Shown piece after piece: positions 32,172 through 37,038 of a DNA stretch of 37,038 nucleotides (within the stretch, counting starts at the first letter, position 1; every line of letters begins with the position of its first letter). The notes beneath the pieces are model-generated. The model had not been told where the DNA came from and ran no database searches. It was given only the letters and a program-made list of their open reading frames with translations. Source of the DNA: a virus. Location of the stretch: positions 1-37,038 of the IMG/VR virus record IMGVR_UViG_3300045988_084091, one strand, 5' to 3'. The translations under genes and the position numbers were made by a program.

Positions 32172-32561
32172 TTACTTGAAAGCGCTGTCGCCGCCGATCC
32201 CGTCTGTCTTGATCGTCAGCTCCTGCGCGTGAACGTCGATTACAGGCTTGTCGATGTAACCGCCGTTTTTCGGCTGCTTGAGCAGGAAGATGATTCCGCC
32301 GCTGCCCTTCGGGTTTTCAGCCACCATACGCGCATAGACCGCTTCCCGGTATGCAACCAGCTTCTTGAGCTGCTCTCCATATCCGTCATATTCCCCGCCT
32401 TCGTTTGCCTGCCATCGCGCGAGTGTGCGCGGCGCAATGCCGAGATACTTCATCAGCGCATAGTCGTCCATGTACTGTTTCCCGTCCTCGCACTGCATGA
32501 TGAACTCGTCGATCAGAACGCCAAGCTCTTCGGCAGTCTTGATTTTGCGCGGTCTTGCCAT
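32172..32561 (-). CDS. terS: Terminase small subunit (GP3_package-like), 129 aa
   Basis: MARPRKIKTAEELGVLIDEFIMQCEDGKQ...YALMKYLGIAPRTLARW...GGIIFLLKQPKNGGYIDK follows the typical small-terminase/DNA-packaging-protein pattern. First gene of the late operon. Confidence 0.8.
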   Translation of the reverse strand: MARPRKIKTAEELGVLIDEFIMQCEDGKQYMDDYALMKYLGIAPRTLARWQANEGGEYDGYGEQLKKLVAYREAVYARMVAENPKGSGGIIFLLKQPKNGGYIDKPVIDVHAQELTIKTDGIGGDSAFK

Positions 32562-32581
32562 AGAATCACCCCATCACTTAT

Positions 32582-32590
32582 AGTATAGCA
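32582..32590 (-). promoter_or_regulatory. Extended -10 element (TGcTATACT) upstream of terS
   Basis: The minus strand reads tgatgcTATACTataagtgatggggtgattctATG. The -35 is poor (ttagtt), and the phage sigma factor may use a different element. Confidence 0.4.
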
Positions 32591-32668
32591 TCAAACGTCG
32601 TAAAAACTAAATGCACATCACCAGATAATGTATGGAATACCTTTGGAAAGACGTGAAAAACGCAGTGG

Positions 32669-32710
32669 GTTGAACTTGCGTTGAACGTGCGCTGAACTTG
32701 CGTTGAACAT
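32669..32710. repeat. Four tandem 11-bp units (GTTGAACTTGC type), 110-150 bp upstream of terS
   Basis: gttgaacttgc gttgaacgtgc gctgaacttgc gttgaacat. The units share the ACTTGC core with the two hairpin loops downstream of terS. Confidence 0.8.
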
Positions 32711-32800
32711 CTAGCGGGACGATGTTTGGCGGGAAGTCTCAAAAGGCTGTGTGTCGTAACGCATGGGCCGTCGCCTGAGAGCCGCCCCGTTTTTCCGGCA

Positions 32801-32824
32801 CCCCGGGGGGAGGGGGGGGAGGGG
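32801..32824. repeat. Homopolymer cluster CCCC-G6-A-G8-A-G4
   Basis: ccccggggggaggggggggagggg. G-quadruplex-capable and prone to slippage. Lies in ORF-free DNA. Confidence 0.9.
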
Positions 32825-33033
32825 TACACCCGGAAACGCTGAACGAAACAACGCCCATATACCAGCGCGCGCCGTGGATGATTGCCCGCGCGGCCAGGCA
32901 CCTAATTGCCCTACTGCATGGCGCTGCATAGACAGCGCATGAGCTGCATAAACTACCAGCTTTACAGAACGGAAACACCATGGAAACTATGAGTTATTCG
33001 GCAAAATGTAGGTTATGCCGAATTTACAAATAG

Positions 33034-33054
33034 ATAAACCCATTGAAAACACTA
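33034..33054. repeat. Copy 1 of a dispersed 21-bp repeat (ataaaCccattgaaaacacta)
   Basis: 20 of 21 bases identical to 35122-35142, same orientation. Both copies are followed 8-9 nt later by gaaact. Confidence 0.8.
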
Positions 33055-33300
33055 CGTTCTTGCGAAACTGCATGAATATGCACAGCATACAGCACCGAAA
33101 ACGGCCGTGAAAAGTGCATCAGTATGCACCAGATCACCGCCACAAAACCAGCCGGCACCGGACCCGACCGGGCCCGCAATTTTTTTATCCGATGCCACAA
33201 CGCGCATTTTGTATGAGATAATGGGATCATACCATCATCATATCATCGCATCATTGCGCAGCATCACCGGCACACAGCCAGGACAACACCCGCGCAAAGA

Positions 33301-33321
33301 GGGGGGGGACTATAGGGGGGG
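33301..33321. repeat. G8-ACTATA-G7 homopolymer pair
   Basis: ggggggggactataggggggg, at the edge of the AT-rich palindrome array. Confidence 0.9.
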
Positions 33322-33333
33322 TAATTTACATAG

Positions 33334-33385
33334 CTAAGTAATAACTAAGTAATAGCTATTACACAGCTATGTCATAGCTATTACA
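33334..33385. repeat. AT-rich array of phased repeats and palindromes (putative protein-binding array)
   Basis: ctaagtaata occurs twice with an 11-bp period. atagctattaca occurs twice with a 22-bp period. Perfect palindromes gtaatagctattac (33349-33362) and agctatgtcatagct (33365-33379). About 100-150 bp upstream of the RHH-gene promoter. Confidence 0.75.
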
Positions 33386-33480
33386 TAACTATTCCATACC
33401 CCGCGAGACATTCAACGACCAAAGAAAAGGAAAGTATAGAGGGAGAGCGCACCCGCGCAAAAAATTTTTGCAAAAAGGGC

Positions 33481-33509
33481 TTGACATACTGCATCGAGCA
33501 TGCTATCTT
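33481..33509 (+). promoter_or_regulatory. Sigma70-like promoter of the RHH/J-domain cassette
   Basis: TTGACA-17 nt-TATCTT, preceded by the A/T tract gcaaaaaatttttgcaaaaa (UP-like). An AGGAG RBS and the ATG at 33543 follow. Confidence 0.7.
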
Positions 33510-33542
33510 GTAAATGCAGCCGGGGAACGGCAGCGAAAGGAG

Positions 33543-33734
33543 ATGATACACGCGGCAAGAAAGACAACCACAAGCACGGAAGTAAAACGCAGGTATAACG
33601 ACCGCGTGTACTGCAAAGTGCAAGCGGAGCTGCCACGCGACACGGTAACGGCATTTAAGGCCAAGTGCAAAACCAAAGGCGTATCACAAGCGAGCGTTTT
33701 ACTTGAAGCAATCGAAAACTTTTTAAGGGACTGA
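33543..33734 (+). CDS. Ribbon-helix-helix (CopG/Arc-like) protein, 63 aa
   Basis: A basic N-terminal strand region (RRYNDRVYCKVQAELPRD) is followed by two helices (TVTAFKAKCKTKGVSQASVLLEAIENFL). This is the RHH pattern. Confidence 0.55.
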   Translation: MIHAARKTTTSTEVKRRYNDRVYCKVQAELPRDTVTAFKAKCKTKGVSQASVLLEAIENFLRD

Positions 33735-33747
33735 ATGTCCCTTAAAA
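33721..33747. other. Perfect 11-bp stem-loop overlapping the RHH gene stop
   Basis: ttttaagggac tgaat gtcccttaaaa. The stem is symmetric and A/T-flanked, so it could act in either direction. No clear U-run follows on the plus strand. Confidence 0.4.
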
Positions 33748-33793
33748 ATATACATACCCAATCGAGTATGTCATACACGAAAGGAGAACAACC

Positions 33794-34294
33794 ATGCAAT
33801 ACTTTACCAACATCCACACCCTCGACGAACTGAAAGCAGCCTACCGCCGTCTCGCCCTGAAATATCACCCCGACATGGGCGGCAGCACGGAAATCATGCA
33901 GGAGATCAACAACGAGCATGACGCGCTGTTTGAGCAGCTCAAGCGCCAGCACAACGCCAGCGCGGACGAGTACCACCAGACCACCGAAACCGCCGAAGAA
34001 TTCCGCGATATCCTCGCCGTGTTGCTCGGCCTGCCGGGGCTGACTGTCGAGCTATGCGGCTCGTGGCTCTGGATCAGCGGCGAGACGCGGCAACACAAGG
34101 ACGCGCTCAAGGCTGCCGGATGCCGCTGGAGCAGCAGCAAGAAAATGTGGTATTGGCGGCACCCGGAGGACGCGCGCGGCCATTACCGCGGAAAGCGAAG
34201 CATGAACGAGATCCGCAGCAAGTACGGCAGTCAGGTCTTTGACGCAGACGGCCGCGAGCGCACCGCATATAACCGGCTTGGGGCGACGGCGTAA
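33794..34294 (+). CDS. J-domain (DnaJ-like) protein, 166 aa
   Basis: LDELKAAYRRLALKYHPDMGG carries the HPD signature of J domains. The Trp-rich C-terminal module is LWISGETRQHKDALKAAGCRWSSSKKMWYWR. ATG follows AAGGAG. Confidence 0.75.
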   Translation: MQYFTNIHTLDELKAAYRRLALKYHPDMGGSTEIMQEINNEHDALFEQLKRQHNASADEYHQTTETAEEFRDILAVLLGLPGLTVELCGSWLWISGETRQHKDALKAAGCRWSSSKKMWYWRHPEDARGHYRGKRSMNEIRSKYGSQVFDADGRERTAYNRLGATA

Positions 34295-34369
34295 GCCGTC
34301 CCAGGCCGCACTCCGTCCGCCGGTAAAAGTCCGGCGCTGATGAGCACGAGCGAAACGGAGGTTATTACA

Positions 34370-34828
34370 GTGAGTTATCACGATTTGTTGAAAACATACG
34401 GCAGTGAGCAGCTCGAAGCCGAACAGCGCGTATATATCTACGTGCAGCAGCCGAAGCGGTACAAAACGACGGAAGGCATCGCCCGAAAGGATGCCGACAT
34501 TGCCCGCCAGATCGAGCGCATGGAGCGCCTAATCGACGATCTGCGCGACTATCGCGTAGCACTTGCGCAGCGGTATGCAGAGCTGGAGACGATGCCTTAC
34601 ACGCGCGTTTTAACGCTCAAGCGCGACCCGAGCTATAAGGGCCGCGTTACCTACTGGGTGACGATCACGCTTGAGCTTACAGACGGCACGAAAATTGACG
34701 AGCTGCGCGAGCAGTTCCCTGGGCAGGAGCGCGTGAAAGCCTTTGCCCGCTTCGCCGCCCTGCAAAAGCAATACCCCGGCATTGCATCCGTTAAGGATGT
34801 AGCCCGCCGAAGCTGGGAAAGGAAGTGA
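34370..34828 (+). CDS. Hypothetical protein, 152 aa (GTG start; ATG 34340 is the alternative)
   Basis: GTG 34370 lies 7 nt after ACGGAGG, whereas ATG 34340 has no SD. Coiled-coil N-terminal half. No motif recognised. Confidence 0.65.
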   Translation: MSYHDLLKTYGSEQLEAEQRVYIYVQQPKRYKTTEGIARKDADIARQIERMERLIDDLRDYRVALAQRYAELETMPYTRVLTLKRDPSYKGRVTYWVTITLELTDGTKIDELREQFPGQERVKAFARFAALQKQYPGIASVKDVARRSWERK

Positions 34829-34846
34829 GCGCAGCACAACACATTC

Positions 34847-34872
34847 AGCCCCGACGGATACCCGCCGGGGCT
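34847..34872 (+). terminator. Stem-loop after the moron cassette
   Basis: agccccg / cggggct stem followed by ttgcc. The U-tract is weak. Confidence 0.45.
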
Positions 34873-34914
34873 TTGCCTATAACCGTAATTTGCTTTTGCA
34901 GTTTAAAGCACGCG

Positions 34915-34938
34915 GTTAGCATTTTAGTTAGCATTTTG
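34915..34938. repeat. attP arm-type repeat block, left (2.5 x TTAGCATTTT)
   Basis: gttagcattttagttagcattttg is identical to 35158-35181, followed by a degenerate third copy, ttagcg. Confidence 0.8.
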
Positions 34939-35041
34939 TTAGCGAAATGCGTTTGCATTATGCGTAAAATAATCGTAAATCCGCGACGTTTTTCGCACCG
35001 CAAAGCTTTCTGAAAGCACCACAAAGCATTGATAAACAAAG

Positions 35042-35076
35042 AAAAACCAGCAATCTCAATGGATTGCTGGTTTTTT
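35042..35076. terminator. Bidirectional rho-independent terminator next to the tRNA fragment
   Basis: aaaaaccagcaatc tcaatg gattgctggtttttt. The stem is flanked by an A-run and a T-run. Confidence 0.8.
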
Positions 35077-35082
35077 ATGTTC

Positions 35083-35113
35083 TGGTGGAGATGGGGGGAG
35101 TTGAACCCCCGCG
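35083..35113 (-). other. 3' fragment of a tRNA gene (T-arm, acceptor 3' strand, ACCA): probable attP core
   Basis: The minus strand reads GCGGGGG-UUCAACU-CCCCC-CAUCUCC-ACCA. That is a 5-bp T-stem, a canonical 7-nt T-loop, 7-nt acceptor strand, discriminator and CCA. No matching 5' acceptor strand (GGAGAUG), D-arm or anticodon arm lies upstream. Confidence 0.65.
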
Positions 35114-35121
35114 ATATTGCT

Positions 35122-35142
35122 ATAAAACCATTGAAAACACTA
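35122..35142. repeat. Copy 2 of the dispersed 21-bp repeat (ataaaAccattgaaaacacta)
   Basis: See 33034-33054. Lies between the tRNA fragment and the right arm repeats. Confidence 0.8.
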
Positions 35143-35157
35143 GATTTTATGAAACTA

Positions 35158-35181
35158 GTTAGCATTTTAGTTAGCATTTTG
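35158..35181. repeat. attP arm-type repeat block, right (2 x TTAGCATTTT), overlapping the integrase stop
   Basis: 24 bp identical to 34915-34938, 243 bp away, in direct orientation. Confidence 0.8.
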
Positions 35182-36183
35182 CGAATAGAACGCACGAATT
35201 GCATCTACCTGATTTGCTATATCCGCGTCCGCAAGGTGGGTGTAAATCTCGCGCGGGATGCGGTCCGTTTTCCATCCGCCGAGGCGCATGGTAATCAACA
35301 TCGGTACGCCCAAATGGTAGCACAAAGACGCGAAGCTATGCCGCAATCCGTGCACGCCAACCAGCGGCAGACCGCGCGTCTCGCATACGCGGTTGACCTG
35401 CCGGTAGATCGTATTCGGCGCGACTGTTGCGACCGGCCCGGTATCATCCGCGTGCAGATCCACAAGCTCCTTCAGCCGCGGTATCATAATCGGCACGGTG
35501 CGCCGTGACGTTGCGTTCTTGTTTGTCTTCTTGCGCACCTTCTTGCCGTCCTTGTCGTACACCAGTGCCCCAGCTACGGTAATTTCTTGCCCGCGTAGCT
35601 GCGCCCAGTCCAGCGCGCATATCTCCGACCTGCGCAGGCCGTGCAGCGCAAGCAACGCAGGAATTTCGCCGTCAGCCCCGCGTATCGCGTCCACAAACAC
35701 AGTGATCTGGTCGTATGTCAGATAGACGTGCTCTTTCTTCTGCCTGCCCGGAAGCGATACCTTTGGCCGGTCCTGCCCAGCTTCTTTGATCGCTGCCGCC
35801 GCAAGATTCCATGCGTTAAACAGCGTCTTCGCGGAAACCGTCTTCGCCTCTTCGTTTATCATTCTCTGGTACGGTATCTGCCGGATGTCGCGCCCCATGT
35901 ATGCCTTAAATCGGTTATTCAGAATCACATAATACCCCCGAATCGTCTCCGGGGATTTCACGTTCTCTCGCACCTGTATGTACTGCTCGATCGCGCTGCG
36001 CAGCGTGACACACGCGCTTGCCGGTTGCGGCCTCTTCCCGTTGCGATAGTCCGCCTTGATCTTTTCAGCCTGCCTGATGCACTCCGTCCGCGTTGCCGCC
36101 GACACCGGCACGCTCTCTCCGCCGAGGCGCATCTGAATAAACCACGTCCCGCTTTTTAACTTGCGCGGCTCAGGTACTTTCAT
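35167..36183 (-). CDS. int: Tyrosine recombinase / phage integrase, 338 aa
   Basis: SAM-like N-terminal domain. The catalytic region includes LLALHGLRRSEI and HGLRHSFASLCYHLGVPMLITMRLGGWKTDRIPREIYTHL (R, H-x-x-R, Y). ATG follows GAGGAGG. Confidence 0.9.
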   Translation of the reverse strand: MKVPEPRKLKSGTWFIQMRLGGESVPVSAATRTECIRQAEKIKADYRNGKRPQPASACVTLRSAIEQYIQVRENVKSPETIRGYYVILNNRFKAYMGRDIRQIPYQRMINEEAKTVSAKTLFNAWNLAAAAIKEAGQDRPKVSLPGRQKKEHVYLTYDQITVFVDAIRGADGEIPALLALHGLRRSEICALDWAQLRGQEITVAGALVYDKDGKKVRKKTNKNATSRRTVPIMIPRLKELVDLHADDTGPVATVAPNTIYRQVNRVCETRGLPLVGVHGLRHSFASLCYHLGVPMLITMRLGGWKTDRIPREIYTHLADADIANQVDAIRAFYSQNAN

Positions 36184-36194
36184 CTTGCGCCTCC

Positions 36195-36557
36195 TCAGTC
36201 CGGGCGATCCACGTCTACGCGGCCGTATTCGATGTCTTCGTACACTTGCAGTACCTCGTCATAATAGACACGCACTGCATTCACCGCCTCTTCCGCTTCT
36301 GCGCGCGTGTAAATGCCCTCACCGGCCAGATAGCTGTCAAGAACCTCCGTTGCGTACTCAATGTCCGTCTCTGTGCAGTTCATCAGATATGCCGCGTCCG
36401 CTTTATTTGCAGCGTCTACACCAGCACAAAACCCGTCCTCATAATTTCGCTCGTAAGCGTCCTCGCTGTACCATTTTTCCTGCCAGCACCCGCACAAAGT
36501 AAGCGAGAGCAGCACAGCGGCCAGCGCCGCAGCAATCCCGCGTTTCCGCATTTGCAT
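36195..36557 (-). CDS. Prophage lipoprotein, 120 aa (possible superinfection-exclusion/lysogenic-conversion factor)
   Basis: ATG at 36557 follows AAGGGGGA. Signal peptide MQMRKRGIAAALAAVLLSLTLCGC with a lipobox Cys. Co-oriented with int and directly upstream of it. Confidence 0.6.
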   Translation of the reverse strand: MQMRKRGIAAALAAVLLSLTLCGCWQEKWYSEDAYERNYEDGFCAGVDAANKADAAYLMNCTETDIEYATEVLDSYLAGEGIYTRAEAEEAVNAVRVYYDEVLQVYEDIEYGRVDVDRPD

Positions 36558-36614
36558 ATCCCCCTTTGCGTATCTCCGGCCGCGCGTGACAAAATATTTG
36601 TGCGGCCTTGTGTG

Positions 36615-36627
36615 CACCATACCACAA
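36615..36627 (-). promoter_or_regulatory. TTGTGGTATGGTG element (extended -10-like) facing the lipoprotein-int genes
   Basis: Reverse complement of caccataccacaa. 12 of 13 bases identical to the element at 36699-36711 on the other strand. Confidence 0.4.
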
Positions 36628-36698
36628 TCGCGGATTATTTTCAAGAATCAAGAAATTTTGTTCCGCATCCGGTACATGATCCACACACGGCCGACGCT

Positions 36699-36711
36699 TT
36701 GTGGTATAGTG
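36699..36711 (+). promoter_or_regulatory. TTGTGGTATAGTG element (extended -10-like) facing the Cro-like gene
   Basis: TGgTATAGT lies immediately upstream of GGAGGTGCCG-ATG. The spacing to the ATG would give a near-leaderless transcript, so an operator role is equally possible. Confidence 0.4.
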
Positions 36712-36720
36712 GAGGTGCCG

Positions 36721-36915
36721 ATGGGAAACAAAGTCAGGCAATACAGGGAATACCACGGTGTCAGTCAGCAATGGCTTGCGCGCAAGGCAAAATGCGGCAG
36801 AACGACGATCTATGAAATCGAACGCGGGGGGCGTCTGCCGAATGTCGTCACGGCGATCCGCATCGCCAGGGCACTGAGAACGACCGTGGAAAAATTATGG
36901 GAGGATGAACTATGA
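36721..36915 (+). CDS. Small XRE-family HTH protein (Cro-like), 64 aa
   Basis: MGNKVRQYREYHGVSQQWLARKAKCGRTTIYEIERGGRLPNVVTAIRIARAL is a complete XRE HTH. ATG follows GGAGGTG. Confidence 0.8.
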   Translation: MGNKVRQYREYHGVSQQWLARKAKCGRTTIYEIERGGRLPNVVTAIRIARALRTTVEKLWEDEL

Positions 36916-37022
36916 CAGACGAGGAATGGAGGATGTACTTACGGCGCGAGATCGAGCGGCTGCTGATCCTAGCGGACACGCGGACGATGGAGATGACGCT
37001 GGAATTTCTGCGCGCAGCGTAA
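36912..37022 (+). CDS. Small ORF, 36 aa, translationally coupled (ATGA) to the Cro-like gene
   Basis: MTDEEWRMYLRREIERLLILADTRTMEMTLEFLRAA. The ORF spans the repeat boundary, which shows the two window ends are continuous. Confidence 0.55.
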   Translation: MTDEEWRMYLRREIERLLILADTRTMEMTLEFLRAA

Positions 37023-37038
37023 AGAAAAACAAAAAAGC
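36920..37038. repeat. Right copy of the 119-bp terminal direct repeat
   Basis: Base-for-base identical to 1-119. It runs to the window edge, so the true repeat length cannot be bounded from the sequence. Confidence 0.95.

Larger units (their letters stand above)
1..36919. mobile_element. Complete temperate phage genome unit (circular or circularly permuted); podovirus-like structural gene set
   Basis: The ends of the window are identical (1-119 = 36920-37038). The full set of replication, packaging, head, tail-fibre, lysis and integration genes is present in two large co-oriented blocks. There are no flanking host genes. Confidence 0.85.

Noticed and set aside
33150-33190. GC-rich segment followed by a T7 run (gggcccgcaattttttta) as a plus-strand intrinsic terminator of a hypothetical ncRNA
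   Set aside because: I could not draw a convincing stem of more than 4-5 bp, since cgggcccg is only self-complementary. No upstream promoter was identified. It is noted only as part of the ORF-free region.
32578-33337. ORFs 32578-32901 (-), 32711-32929 (-), 32739-32981 (-), 33024-33230 (-), 33107-33337 (+), including a 38-aa His-rich ORF spanning the G8/G7 tracts
   Set aside because: None has an SD. They overlap each other in different frames, and their products are low-complexity (poly-Pro/Gly from homopolymer tracts). The region is better explained as cis-acting or non-coding DNA.
35083-35165. Possible complete tRNA gene on the minus strand
   Set aside because: Only the T-arm, 3' acceptor strand and CCA are present. 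The 45 nt upstream contain no GGAGAUG 5' acceptor strand, D-arm or anticodon stem. It is interpreted as an attP core fragment.

Overview
The window is one complete, self-closing genome of a temperate dsDNA phage. Bases 1-119 are identical to 36920-37038, so the unit length is 36,919 bp. The sequence is visibly GC-rich, and the gene content fits a Clostridia/Firmicutes-type host.

Layout:
(i) 140-8593: a genetic switch (XRE repressor on the minus strand, back-to-back sigma70-like promoters with operators), followed by a plus-strand early/replication operon. This operon carries small HTH and Zn-ribbon proteins, a protein built on a 24-bp tandem repeat, Rad52-like annealase, SSB, replisome organizer, RuvC-like resolvase, excisionase-type HTH, a sigma factor and a DUF6378-like protein.
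(ii) 8632-32561: one long minus-strand late operon. Its order is TerS, a 645-bp ORF-free gap, metallophosphoesterase, a 45-aa ORF, TerL, portal, scaffold, major capsid protein with a C-terminal Ig/Fn3-like module, adaptor, a T7 gp12-like nozzle protein, at least 8 fibre/receptor-binding-like genes with an embedded LplA/LipB-fold gene, two amidases, holin, and finally 383-aa and 1517-aa proteins. No tube, sheath or canonical tape-measure genes are present, so the virion is inferred to be podovirus-like.
(iii) 32562-33542: about 1 kb of ORF-free, repeat-rich DNA.
(iv) 33543-36557: a lysogeny/moron module (RHH protein, J-domain protein, 152-aa protein, attP with a tRNA 3' fragment and arm-type repeats, tyrosine integrase, lipoprotein).
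(v) 36721-37022: a small Cro-like HTH gene and a 36-aa ORF.

The observations most worth following up:
- the 645-bp gap between terS and terL, which holds two hairpins with covarying stems and an identical loop;
- the roughly 1-kb repeat- and G-tract-rich ORF-free region;
- the LplA/LipB-like gene among fibre genes that share a lysine-containing N-terminal module;
- the 19-unit 24-bp repeat gene, which shows no synonymous variation between units.

All functional calls come from motif recognition by eye. No database search was run.
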